Shown here piece after piece: positions 18,932-28,283 of a stretch of DNA of 64,000 nt. The number at the start of each line of letters is the position of its first letter. Positions within the stretch are counted from its first letter, which is position 1. Below the pieces are notes generated by a model, which was given only the letters and a program-made list of their open reading frames with translations, ran no database searches and was not told where the DNA came from. The translations under genes and the position numbers were made by a program. Location: NCBI GenBank assembly GCA_964640485.1, contig CAZXGD010000012.1, positions 1,385 through 65,384 of the forward strand. Direction: 5' to 3'. Origin of the DNA: an uncultured Isosphaeraceae bacterium (GTDB lineage Bacteria > Planctomycetota > Phycisphaerae > Phycisphaerales > SM1A02).

Positions 18932-20044
18932 CTATCGGGCGGCAGTGGGAAGTTGAGGAGCGGCTGGGGCCACCAACGGCGGCACCGGGTTTGCCACGTC
19001 GAGGATCTCAGCGATCACGCGCAATTGTGCGCGGGTTCCACGCACAAAGAGCATGCCGGTTTCAGGATGCAACTTGAGTTTGAAATCCGGGGTGCGACCA
19101 ACAACCTCCAGCCCCACATCGATCGCTTCAAGCGTTGCCTTCTGCCTTTGAGAATCACGAGCGCGATCTTCCTCATTCGCAGAAGCATGGAGAGGATCGA
19201 GTCTAAACACCGCCGTGTGATAGACGCTGTCCTCGACCGCGGCACCGGTGCTGGGTCCCGGCTCAACGGTCACCACGGGGCGTTCCTCTGCAGAGGCAAC
19301 GGCCCCCACTTCAATGAGCACCAGCGGCCCCCGAACGGGATCCTGCTGCATGGATTGCAATGTGCGAATGGCAGAGGCCAGACTCACGCGCTTCAATTGC
19401 ACAGCTCGTACCGGAAGAGTGGCGTCGCTGCTGTTGGTAAAGACCACGTTGAGGCCTTGCGCGCCCCAATCTGTAAGTGCGTTGGAGATTGAGGTGAGCG
19501 AAGCCTCAAGAGTGGGGCCCAGATTGACGTCAAAGATGGGTTCGGAGACGGACTGGCGCTCCTTGGCAAGCTCCATCTCGCGCAGGGCGCGCAGTTCCTC
19601 CTCTTGAGCCCTGCGCTCGCGGTCGTAGGCTTCACTGTTCGCCTTGAGTTCTTCAAGAAGCACGAGTGCCTTCTTCACTACTTCGCGCTCTCCTGTCACC
19701 ACCACTGAGTTTCCGATGCTGGTGGCATTCACCGTGTTCTGAAGCGCGACGGCCACCGCGCGTGCGATGTCGCCAGCGTTTCGCCCCACACTGACCACGA
19801 TGCTCTGACGACTCTCATCGGCGGCCGCCTGGGCTACTGCCCGGGCGGCTTGTGCGTCCGCCATCTGTTGTGCCGCTTGCCGCTGCTCTGCCTGCCGAGC
19901 TGCCGCATCGCTCTGAGGACCGGGCGCTGCCGCCACGCTCGATGCGCATGCGAACGTGAGCGCCAAAACTGTGGTGGCGAACACAAGGGTGCGAGCAGAC
20001 GAAGGGCGTTCAGAGGTGATCATTGGAAGTCTCCATTGGCGCAC
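18932..20044 (-). CDS. secreted protein with secretin-N / STN-like repeats and no secretin pore domain
   Basis: Signal peptide (LVFATTVLALTFACASSVAA). Repeated modules of the NolW/STN type are seen: SIGNSVVVTGEREVVKKALVLLEEL, LPVRAVQLKRVSLASAIRTLQ and LHPETGMLFVRGTRAQLRVIAEILDV. Confidence 0.5.
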   Translation of the reverse strand: MRQWRLPMITSERPSSARTLVFATTVLALTFACASSVAAAPGPQSDAAARQAEQRQAAQQMADAQAARAVAQAAADESRQSIVVSVGRNAGDIARAVAVALQNTVNATSIGNSVVVTGEREVVKKALVLLEELKANSEAYDRERRAQEEELRALREMELAKERQSVSEPIFDVNLGPTLEASLTSISNALTDWGAQGLNVVFTNSSDATLPVRAVQLKRVSLASAIRTLQSMQQDPVRGPLVLIEVGAVASAEERPVVTVEPGPSTGAAVEDSVYHTAVFRLDPLHASANEEDRARDSQRQKATLEAIDVGLEVVGRTPDFKLKLHPETGMLFVRGTRAQLRVIAEILDVANPVPPLVAPAAPQLPTAAR

Positions 20045-20117
20045 CCCAGCGGGAGTGCGGACGCGGGACGCGTCAACCCCAAAACGGAGCCGCCCGGCTC
20101 AATCCGTCATGCACTGG

Positions 20118-21704
20118 CTATGTGTTGCTCAAATCAACGCGGGGGAAAAGCGCCACCTTGGCCAGCGGCGCGCCTGCGGGGATGGCACCCCAAGCCACGC
20201 GCTCCTTCCAGGGCACTTCTGCCGTCTGGCCTTGGCCGAGGGCCGTGGCGAGTTCAGCCATTTTGGCGGGTAGGAATGGCTCCAACAGCACCCCGGCGAG
20301 GTGAATGGTGTTGACGCATTGCGAAAGAATGCTGGCAAGTTCCTCTGCGCGCGCGGGATCTTTGGCCAGTTTGAAGGGCTCGGTGCGATGGATAAATGCG
20401 TCCACTTCACGCAGCAGTTTCATAGGCGCGTCCGCCGCGCGCACGAGATCCATGTTGCCCATGGCGCGCTCCCACTCGCTTACAGCTTCAGCGCAACGCG
20501 CGGGCCAGGGGCCGCCGTTGGTGGCATCTGCGGGCATGGCTCCATTGAAGTACTTGCCCACCATCGCCGTCACTCGGCTTGGGCAGTTGCCCACCACGTT
20601 GACCAAATCCGCGGTGTATGTGTCATGAAAGTGCTGAGCGCGGAAGTCCGCATCGCTGGCTTGTAGTGGTCCCTGCGTGGCCATGTACCAGCGCCAAGCG
20701 TCAAGTCCGTAGCGATTGAAGTACTCCTCAATGGTTGGCAGATCCACAAAGTTGCCCAGACTCTTGCTCATTTTCTGGCCGTCTGCGATCCAAAAACTGT
20801 GCGCGTGTACGCGGTGGGGCAGAGGAAGGTCCAGCGCCATGAGCAGCGCCGGCCACACCACGGCGTGGAACCACAGGATCTCCTTGCCAATCACGTGATA
20901 GCTGGCGGGCCAATACTGCTTGCGCGTGGCATACAGATCACCCGTGAACGCTCCCTCGGGGTCGCCGTAACCAAGCGCGGTGATGTAATTGAAGAGCGCG
21001 TCAATCCACACGTAGATCACGTGTTGTTCATCACCGGGAAAGGGAATGCCCCAGGTGAAATTGGTGCGAGTGATGGGCACATCTTGAAGACCATCGCGCA
21101 ATCGTCCCAACACTTCATTGAACCGCCCGCTGGGCTGCACAAAGTCTGGGTGCTCTGCAAAGAACTGCTCAAGCCGCTTCTGAAACGCACTGAGCTTGAA
21201 GTAATAGTTCTTCTCTGAGGCGCGCACGAGCGGCTTGCCTGAAACCGGACTCTTGTAATCCAGTTCCTTGGCGCGAGTCTCGGTGTAGTACTCCTCTTGT
21301 CCCTCGTCGTACCACCCTTCAAAGGTGCCCAAGTACACGGCGCCGCTCTGATGCAGCCGCTTGACCAGCGCTTGTACTTGCCGTTCATGTCGCGGCTCAG
21401 TGGTGCGGATGAAGTCGTTGTTGGTGAGTCCAAACACGCGAAGCACGCGTACAAACTCTGCCGCATTCTCGTCGGCCCACACTTGCGGAGTCACGCCGTG
21501 CGCAGCCGCACTCTTCTCCACCTTGGAGCCGTGCTCGTCTGTACCGGTTAGAAAGAAGACGTCCCGCCCCATGCGGCGCGCAGCTCGCGCCCAAATGTCA
21601 GTAAGCGTGGTGGTGTAGGCGTGGCCGATGTGCGGCCGATCGTTCACGTAATAGATGGGCGTTGTGATGTACGCCGCGGGCCGTGCTGTGCCAGTGGAGG
21701 GCAT
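20118..21704 (-). CDS. metG: methionine--tRNA ligase
   Basis: Contains YITTPIYYVNDRPHIGHAYTT (HIGH motif) and KMSKSLGN (KMSKS motif). Confidence 0.95.
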   Translation of the reverse strand: MPSTGTARPAAYITTPIYYVNDRPHIGHAYTTTLTDIWARAARRMGRDVFFLTGTDEHGSKVEKSAAAHGVTPQVWADENAAEFVRVLRVFGLTNNDFIRTTEPRHERQVQALVKRLHQSGAVYLGTFEGWYDEGQEEYYTETRAKELDYKSPVSGKPLVRASEKNYYFKLSAFQKRLEQFFAEHPDFVQPSGRFNEVLGRLRDGLQDVPITRTNFTWGIPFPGDEQHVIYVWIDALFNYITALGYGDPEGAFTGDLYATRKQYWPASYHVIGKEILWFHAVVWPALLMALDLPLPHRVHAHSFWIADGQKMSKSLGNFVDLPTIEEYFNRYGLDAWRWYMATQGPLQASDADFRAQHFHDTYTADLVNVVGNCPSRVTAMVGKYFNGAMPADATNGGPWPARCAEAVSEWERAMGNMDLVRAADAPMKLLREVDAFIHRTEPFKLAKDPARAEELASILSQCVNTIHLAGVLLEPFLPAKMAELATALGQGQTAEVPWKERVAWGAIPAGAPLAKVALFPRVDLSNT

Positions 21705-21725
21705 GAAGGGGCGAATGATAGGAGT

Positions 21726-22481
21726 TCAACCCATGCCGCCGGCCAAGAGCGGGGCTAGTTGCATCACCGTTCTGGGGTCGGGGGCCAGCAGCAGCCACAG
21801 GGTGTCCTGATCCGTGGTGGCATAAATGGTGCGCGGAGGCCCATCGCGTTCGGCCATTCCTGCGCTGGCCCATTCGTCGCCGGGGGCGAACGGCCGTGCG
21901 CCGCCAAATCCGTCAATGCGCACAATCCGCCCGGAATCTGGCATGGCATAGACGGTGACCACACTGCGACTTCGCGATTGCGCTCGTTCATACAAAACCG
22001 CAAGTGCGCGAGCATTGGGAGCCAATTGCACGATTCGTGCGTCCAATGGCGTGAATCCATCTTTTGACAGATCAGGAGCCGCAATGGATCGCCCGAACGC
22101 TTCTTGTGTGATGACGGCCACTCTGCTGGCCGTAGCCGATTGCAAGGGCGGACGATCCGGGGTTTGGCCGGGTGCATCAGCCGCGCCCTCTGCGTTCTCT
22201 TCTGGATCTGCCTGATCGCCCCCCTCTGCCCCTGCTTGCGCTTCCTCAACCGCGGCTGGCTTGGCACGCGCGTGGGCCACTTCAAATGCCTGACGCGCCT
22301 CGAGGAGTTCAGCCATGTACGCCAACTCTCCGATGGGCAGTTCCTCAACTCCAGTGCCGTGTCTATCGCGCAAGCGCGGGCCGGTGAGTCCGATGATCAT
22401 GGCGGCCACTACTGCGGCGCCGGTAAGAAGCACTGCAGTGGGGCTTATCTGGGTGTTTCGCAAAGATCCAAAGGGGCCCAT
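21726..22481 (-). CDS. hypothetical membrane-anchored protein
   Basis: N-terminal TM helix (AVLLTGAAVVAAMIIGL), an acidic linker and a C-terminal globular region. No recognisable motif. Confidence 0.5.
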   Translation of the reverse strand: MGPFGSLRNTQISPTAVLLTGAAVVAAMIIGLTGPRLRDRHGTGVEELPIGELAYMAELLEARQAFEVAHARAKPAAVEEAQAGAEGGDQADPEENAEGAADAPGQTPDRPPLQSATASRVAVITQEAFGRSIAAPDLSKDGFTPLDARIVQLAPNARALAVLYERAQSRSRSVVTVYAMPDSGRIVRIDGFGGARPFAPGDEWASAGMAERDGPPRTIYATTDQDTLWLLLAPDPRTVMQLAPLLAGGMG

Positions 22482-22524
22482 GTGGAATTCTTTCAGCGGT
22501 TGAACGCGCCTGCGATGCTACGCT

Positions 22525-24435
22525 TTGGGCATGGACTCTCTGACCCGATTGCAAGGGATTGCGCTTGGCGCCTCAGTGCTGGTCTCCTGCGCCACTGCGG
22601 CCAGCGCGCAGAATGCGCTGGGTGGAGGCAACGCGCTTGACCGCGACCTGACCATGCAGCAACGGCATGGTCAAGGGGCCGGTGCTCTGGATGCCAACAG
22701 CCAGGTGGGAGCGGGGCGGGTGAATGTCAATGCCCCTAGGACCGACTATTACTCCAGGAATCTCATCGTTACTGGCGACGTGGCGGGGGGTCGCGGATTC
22801 CGTGGAAACGTGGGATACGTGGGGCAGAGCGATTTCACAGCCGCCACCGGGTCAGACGCATCGCGCCAGTGGGATGCCTACAGCGTGATGAGTAGCCCCA
22901 TGGCCATTCGCTCTGGGCTTGACCCATACAAGGCCACGCAGCAGTACGGCGCGGTGCTCTATTCACGCGCCTACGCCGATGCTGCCGCGCGCGACATTCT
23001 GACCAATCAACAGCCGCTGGATGCGCGCCTTGCTTTCGACCGCTTTACGGCGTCGGGGATGAAGATGTCGCGGCAGGCGGATTTGATCGACGCTGCCAAT
23101 CCGTTGGACACGGCGTCGCGCGTGAACTACCGCGTGGAGGGCAAAATTCCGGATGTGGGCCCGCAGGCTGGTGCGGGGGCGGCGGGAGCATCTGCGGCGG
23201 GGGTGCCATCGGCGGTGCCCGTGGACTCAATGCTCTCACGGCTGGGGCTGAGCACCTATGAGCGCCAGCGACTGAAGCAAGACGTGCTGAGCGGTCGGAC
23301 CAACATGAACCTTGTGGGTCAGGACTACGACCGCTCGGCCATGATCGTGCCCGGATCATTGGCAGACTCGCAACGTCTAAACCCCGTTCTGCCTCAGGAG
23401 TATCGAGCGGTGGTGGACACCATGCGCCAACGCGCGGGTATGGAAGCGCGCGAGCCGGGCTCTGATTGGCGCGGCGCCACGAAACCAGATCCCACAGATC
23501 CCACAGATCCCGCAGCCCCTGTGAAGGCGAGCACTCCAACCGCAGCATCCACGTCAGAAGCCGAGCGATTCAATCAAGAAATGGATTGGCTGCGATTTCA
23601 GCTCTCCAGAAGTGGCCCTGATTCTGCTCGGTTGGATCGCACCGGCGACAGAGACCCGATGAACCCCACCAACCTTGTGAAGCCGAATGTTCAGGCGGGT
23701 GGCAATCGAACCGATGGCTCGCCCAACGGCACCGGCACGACCAACGAACAGGGAACACAATCCCCTGATGGCACCAATGCGGCAAAAACCACGCAAGGTT
23801 CCAGTGGCGATGGCAAGAAAGCAGACGGCAAGCCCGAGCAACGCACCATTGAGGAAATGGCGCTCATCCTTCGACATGGCGGCCGCATGGAGAGTTTGGT
23901 TCCTGAAGATGCCGGCTACATCCATGACATGATGGACTTGGGCTCGCAGTGCATGCAGCGAGGGGATTACTTCCGCGCGGAGGAACTCTTTGGAAGTGTT
24001 CTGCGCGTGATTCCCGGGCATCCTCTTGCTCTGGCAGGAGTGGCCAATTCTGAATTGGGAGCGGGCCTTTCACTGAGTGCCGCACTCACGCTTCGCAAGA
24101 CTTTTGCGGCGCATCCAGAGATGATCGGAACGCGTTTTGGACCCGAGGTGCTGCCCGCCGCCGCGCGAATGAAGACCGGGCTTGACGCTGCCCGCATGCG
24201 GCTGCGCGCCGCGTCGGCACCGGATGCCGGCCCGCGCTTGGCCGGAGACCGATTTGATTACGGGCTTCTCATTGCCTACATCGGATACCAACTCAATGAG
24301 ACAGAGGTGGTGAACGAGGGGCTGTCAGCCATGCGAGCCGCACGAGCCGATGACCCGTTGGTCAAAGTGTTGGAAAAGGTGTGGCTGCCCGAGGATTCAT
24401 CGCCCCCGGCACCTGCTCAGCCGCCTGCCCCCTGA
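22525..24435 (+). CDS. hypothetical secreted protein with a low-complexity central region and a TPR-like C-terminus
   Basis: Signal peptide (ALGASVLVSCATAASAQ), a Pro/Thr/Asp-rich linker (PDPTDPTDPAAP) and a helical C-terminal part (MQRGDYFRAEELFGSVLRVIPGHPLALAG). Confidence 0.6.
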   Translation: MGMDSLTRLQGIALGASVLVSCATAASAQNALGGGNALDRDLTMQQRHGQGAGALDANSQVGAGRVNVNAPRTDYYSRNLIVTGDVAGGRGFRGNVGYVGQSDFTAATGSDASRQWDAYSVMSSPMAIRSGLDPYKATQQYGAVLYSRAYADAAARDILTNQQPLDARLAFDRFTASGMKMSRQADLIDAANPLDTASRVNYRVEGKIPDVGPQAGAGAAGASAAGVPSAVPVDSMLSRLGLSTYERQRLKQDVLSGRTNMNLVGQDYDRSAMIVPGSLADSQRLNPVLPQEYRAVVDTMRQRAGMEAREPGSDWRGATKPDPTDPTDPAAPVKASTPTAASTSEAERFNQEMDWLRFQLSRSGPDSARLDRTGDRDPMNPTNLVKPNVQAGGNRTDGSPNGTGTTNEQGTQSPDGTNAAKTTQGSSGDGKKADGKPEQRTIEEMALILRHGGRMESLVPEDAGYIHDMMDLGSQCMQRGDYFRAEELFGSVLRVIPGHPLALAGVANSELGAGLSLSAALTLRKTFAAHPEMIGTRFGPEVLPAAARMKTGLDAARMRLRAASAPDAGPRLAGDRFDYGLLIAYIGYQLNETEVVNEGLSAMRAARADDPLVKVLEKVWLPEDSSPPAPAQPPAP

Positions 24436-25343
24436 GCCGCGCCCACCCTTCCGCGCAATCCCAGCGTCTTGTAGATCCGCTCTGTGGCGTCACTCTTGTT
24501 GAGCGTGTAGAGGTGAATGCCGGTCACGCCTCGGTCAAGCAGATCGCGGCACTGTTCGGCGGCCCAGTGCACCCCCACACTCGCCACCGACTCAGCGTCA
24601 TCTTGGCACCGCGCAAGTGCGCGCAGAAGTGGTGCGGGAAATCGTGCGCCCGCTGCCAAGTCTGCCATGCGACGCAGGCCACCCAGGGTGGTTACGGGCA
24701 TGATTCCGGCCACGATGGGGATTCGTATGCCAGCCAGTTCACATCTTGCCTTCCAATCAAGGAAGGCGTTGTTGTCAAAAAAGAGTTGCGTGATGATGAA
24801 GTCGGCCCCTTGATCCACTTTGGCCTTCAAGTGATCCATCTGCAGCAATGTGTTAGGCGTTTGTGGATGCCCCTCGGGGAAGCCCGCAACACCGATGCCA
24901 AAGCCGCGCGAGTCGGGATGCCCCACGCGTGCCCCGCTTGAGCGAATCGCCCGAACGAGGTCCGCCGCGTAATGAAAGTGTGTCCACGCGGTGGCCTCGT
25001 TGCTTCCCGTTGGCAGATCGCCCCGCAGCGCCAAAATGTTGCTCACCCCCGCGCGTGCGTACCGCTCCAACAGGTGCATGATCTCTTCTTCAGAGTGGCC
25101 CACACAGGTGAGGTGTGGCACAGGGTCCAGCTTGGTTTCTTGGCGAAGGCGCATGACCAGATCATGCGTCTGATTGCGGGTGCTGCCCCCGGCACCGTAG
25201 GTGACGGACACAAAACTTGGCTGCAACTCCTCAAAACGAGAGATGGTGCCAAAGAGATCATTCCAGCCCGCCTGGGATTTGGGCGGAAAGAACTCAAAGC
25301 TCGCACTCAGGCGATCGCGGGCTAGCACGTCAGAAATGTGCAT
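24417..25343 (-). CDS. metF: 5,10-methylenetetrahydrofolate reductase
   Basis: Contains SFEFFPPK, VSVTYGAGGSTR..THDL and the HLTCVGH motif. The ~300 aa length fits MetF. Confidence 0.92.
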   Translation of the reverse strand: MHISDVLARDRLSASFEFFPPKSQAGWNDLFGTISRFEELQPSFVSVTYGAGGSTRNQTHDLVMRLRQETKLDPVPHLTCVGHSEEEIMHLLERYARAGVSNILALRGDLPTGSNEATAWTHFHYAADLVRAIRSSGARVGHPDSRGFGIGVAGFPEGHPQTPNTLLQMDHLKAKVDQGADFIITQLFFDNNAFLDWKARCELAGIRIPIVAGIMPVTTLGGLRRMADLAAGARFPAPLLRALARCQDDAESVASVGVHWAAEQCRDLLDRGVTGIHLYTLNKSDATERIYKTLGLRGRVGAAQGAGG

Positions 25344-25383
25344 GGGGCAAGTCTACGGCCGCATGGGTCTACACTCGGTGCAC

Positions 25384-26052
25384 ATGCCGGGTCGTACGCG
25401 CATTCCCAAACCTACGGCGCAACGCCTGAGCCTGTACCTGCGTGAGCTCAACGGCCGCAGTACAGACAAGCGCCCCACTGTGAGTTCCAAGCAGCTTGGT
25501 GCTGCGGTGGGGCTAACGGACACACAGGTTCGCAAAGATCTTGCGTGCTTCGGGCAATTTGGCCGCCCGGGCGTGGGGTATGACGTGGCCTCCCTGCGGG
25601 AGCGGCTACGTGAGATTGTGGGAACGCACCGGCAGTGGCGTGCGGCAGTGGTGGGAATCGGCAACATCGGACGTGCGCTGCTCTCCTACCGGCGATTCCG
25701 AGAGGAGGGCTTCGAGATCGTGGCCATCTTTGACCAAGCTCCCGGTCTGGTGGGCACGCGCACTGGCGGATTGACTGTTCAACCGCTCACCAAGCTGCGC
25801 GAGGTGATTCAGCGCGAAGGGGTCTCCATCGGAGTGATTGCGGTGCCACCCGAAGCCGCCCAAGAGGTGGCAAATGCGCTGGTGGCCGCTGGCGTTCGTG
25901 GGCTACTGAACTTTGCCCCGAGGCGGCTTGACCTCAAGACTGGAGTACCGACCGTCGATGTGGACTTCACAGGAGCGCTTGAGAAGCTGGCCTTTGAAGT
26001 GGGAGAAACCAACTCCAATCGGCTTCTGGTCCGGAAGGGAAAGCGGTCCTGA
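25384..26052 (+). CDS. rex: redox-sensing transcriptional repressor Rex
   Basis: N-terminal wHTH (IPKPTAQRLSLYLRELN...SSKQLG...TDTQVRKDLACFGQFGRPGVGYDV) and a Rossmann fold (VVGIGNIGRALLSY...GFEIVAIFD). The ATG at 25384 is preferred over upstream in-frame starts that overlap metF. Confidence 0.88.
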   Translation: MPGRTRIPKPTAQRLSLYLRELNGRSTDKRPTVSSKQLGAAVGLTDTQVRKDLACFGQFGRPGVGYDVASLRERLREIVGTHRQWRAAVVGIGNIGRALLSYRRFREEGFEIVAIFDQAPGLVGTRTGGLTVQPLTKLREVIQREGVSIGVIAVPPEAAQEVANALVAAGVRGLLNFAPRRLDLKTGVPTVDVDFTGALEKLAFEVGETNSNRLLVRKGKRS

Positions 26053-26069
26053 AAGGCCGTTTCTATACT

Positions 26070-26342
26070 GTGGCCGTGCGTGAGAAAGCAGTCGTTGCTG
26101 GAGTTGCCCAAGAGCCGAAAGCATTGTTTGGCTTGGTAGTGTGTGCCATGGCGGGCGCCGCTGCGCTTCTGGTCGCATGCTCGGGTTGCCAGCAGCCGCT
26201 TTTTCCTGAGAATGCACCCAGTACGCAGTTTGAGCGGTACGACGCCCTGCGGTCTGGCACTGTGGCCAAGGAAGAACCCGACGTCTTTGGCCGCCCTCAA
26301 CCTGCGCTTCGTGCGCGGCTCACCCCCAAGACGCCGCAGTAG
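26070..26342 (+). CDS. small hypothetical lipoprotein
   Basis: Lipobox LLVACSGC after a hydrophobic segment. The start is uncertain (GTG 26070 or ATG 26148). Confidence 0.4.
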   Translation: MAVREKAVVAGVAQEPKALFGLVVCAMAGAAALLVACSGCQQPLFPENAPSTQFERYDALRSGTVAKEEPDVFGRPQPALRARLTPKTPQ

Positions 26343-26434
26343 GTGCCACCTCTGTGCCAGTCCCAGTCGTTGGCTCTAGGCGAGAACCCTCCCGGGCCGA
26401 TGGAAGAACCTACAGGTCTCCTGAATCTACTGTG

Positions 26435-27163
26435 ATGTCAAACGTGCCGAAACCCGCTGCCGATGCTGCTGCTACCTCTCCAACGGGCCTAGGTCGGTCC
26501 TTTGCCGTGTGGGGAGTCTTTGTGCTTGCCAGTGTGAGCGCCATTGGAGTTCTGCAACTCTCCCACAAGGGTGTTCGGGCTTCTGCCTCCAATTCTGCGA
26601 TCACTCCCTCAGCAGCCGCACTCAACGGTCACTCCCCGCTTGCTGCCCCGGGTGCCTTCCGGGCAACCACGATCACGCCACGGTTCACTGACATCGACCG
26701 CCAGCGGTGGAAATGCATTGTGATCCACCACTCCGGCACTCCGGCAGGAGATGCCGCCAGCCTCGAACGCAAGCACGTCCAAGATGGGCTCACCGGCTTG
26801 GGGTTTCACTTCATCATTGGCAACGGTCAGGGATTAGAGGACGGGCAGATCGTGGTGGGATATCGGTGGGATCGGCAGTTGGCCGGGGCGCATGTCGCTC
26901 AAAGTTTGGAGCGGGCCGGCACTACTCAAGACTCCGCACAGTTCTTCAATCAGCACGCGGTTGCCATCTGCTTGGTGGGCAATGGCGAACGACGCGCCTT
27001 TACAGAGCGCCAGGTTCACCAGCTGGTTGAACTGACCCGCCAATTGCAGGCTGAATTGGGCATTCCCGCCTCTCAGGTCCACCTGCACAGCACCCTGAGT
27101 GGGGTGGCAAGTCCTGGCCAGTTTTTCCCTTCCGCAGAAGTGATGTCGCAGATTTTGCCGTAG
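26435..27163 (+). CDS. N-acetylmuramoyl-L-alanine amidase (Amidase_2 / PGRP-like), membrane-anchored
   Basis: TM helix FAVWGVFVLASVSAIGVL followed by IVIHHSGT, GLGFHFIIGNG, AGAHV and AICLVGNGE...FTERQVHQLVELTRQL. Confidence 0.75.
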   Translation: MSNVPKPAADAAATSPTGLGRSFAVWGVFVLASVSAIGVLQLSHKGVRASASNSAITPSAAALNGHSPLAAPGAFRATTITPRFTDIDRQRWKCIVIHHSGTPAGDAASLERKHVQDGLTGLGFHFIIGNGQGLEDGQIVVGYRWDRQLAGAHVAQSLERAGTTQDSAQFFNQHAVAICLVGNGERRAFTERQVHQLVELTRQLQAELGIPASQVHLHSTLSGVASPGQFFPSAEVMSQILP

Positions 27164-27287
27164 ATTTACCAATGCAGGGGCGGTACTGATCGGCCGCAAT
27201 CTTGTGGCGTGTTGGGCGTTCCGATAGGCTTTCTGGTCTTCGCAGCGCTGCGTGGGGTGTGTCCCCGCGAGCTCTTGGTGAGTTTTT

Positions 27288-28226
27288 ATGTCAAGCCTCA
27301 GTGCCATCCCCGTTGAACTCTTTGGGTTCAAGGTTGTTGACAAGGTGGGAGAAGGTGCGGCCAGCTGCGTGTACGCGGTGATGGACCCCAAGTCCCGCCA
27401 AGTTATGGCCCTGAAGCATGTGCATCGGCGCAGCGAAAAGGACCAACGCTTCATCGAGCAGATCGAGCAGGAGTACAAGGTGGGGTCAAAGCTGGACCAC
27501 CCCAACATTCGGGCCATCACCAAGTACCTGAAGAACCAGCGATTCATGTTTGGGCCGGTGACTGATGTGGCGTTGCTCATGGAGTTGGTGGATGCCTCCA
27601 CCCTGGACGTGATGGCACGCCCCAGCGCTGCAGATATCGCGCGCTACTTTGCACAGGGTGCGCACGCGCTGGCGCACATGCACGAACGCGGCTTTGTCCA
27701 CGCGGACATGAAGCCCTCCAACATGATGGTGACCGAGAACGGCACGGTAAAGATCATTGATCTTGGCCAGGCGTGTGCCACGGGCAGCGTGAAGAAGCGC
27801 ATCCAGGGCACCCCGGGCTATATCGCTCCGGAGCAGGCGCATCGCAAGGAAGTCACTCCGCTCACGGATGTATACAACTACGGCGCCACGCTCTACTGGG
27901 TGCTCCTGCGCGAAGAGATTCCGTGTGCACTACCCAGCCGCAACGGCAAGGTGAGCGCTGCGCTGGACAGCAATCAGATTCGCCTTCCAAGGCCCCCCAG
28001 CGAGCAGGATCCCCGTATCCCCTCGGAGCTTTCCGCGCTCGCCATGGAGGCAATTCAGGTGCATCCCGAGCAGCGCGTGCAGAGCATGCACGAGATGGCG
28101 GATCGCTTTGAACGCATTGCCGAAGTGTGCGCCCGAACGGGTGCCGGGGCGGAGTTGGAAGGATTGATGGGCAGCGACGCCGCACCCAATCGGCCCTACG
28201 ACAGCGAACCCAGCCGCAGCAATTAG
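27288..28226 (+). CDS. serine/threonine protein kinase (kinase domain only, non-RD type)
   Basis: Gly-rich loop VGEGAASCVY, catalytic Lys in VMALKHV, catalytic loop FVHADMKPSNMMV (Ala in place of the Arg of HRD), DLG, and GTPGYIAPEQ. Confidence 0.88.
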   Translation: MSSLSAIPVELFGFKVVDKVGEGAASCVYAVMDPKSRQVMALKHVHRRSEKDQRFIEQIEQEYKVGSKLDHPNIRAITKYLKNQRFMFGPVTDVALLMELVDASTLDVMARPSAADIARYFAQGAHALAHMHERGFVHADMKPSNMMVTENGTVKIIDLGQACATGSVKKRIQGTPGYIAPEQAHRKEVTPLTDVYNYGATLYWVLLREEIPCALPSRNGKVSAALDSNQIRLPRPPSEQDPRIPSELSALAMEAIQVHPEQRVQSMHEMADRFERIAEVCARTGAGAELEGLMGSDAAPNRPYDSEPSRSN

Positions 28227-28283
28227 GTTGGCGGGGCGCCCGGTCGCATCGAGATGAGCGCACATGGGCGTACTCTGTGATTC

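Noticed and set aside
23480-23520. Short tandem repeat CCCACAGAT CCCACAGAT CCCGCAGCC (PDPTDPTDPAAP).
   Set aside because: It is a simple low-complexity linker inside the 22525..24435 CDS, not an independent element.
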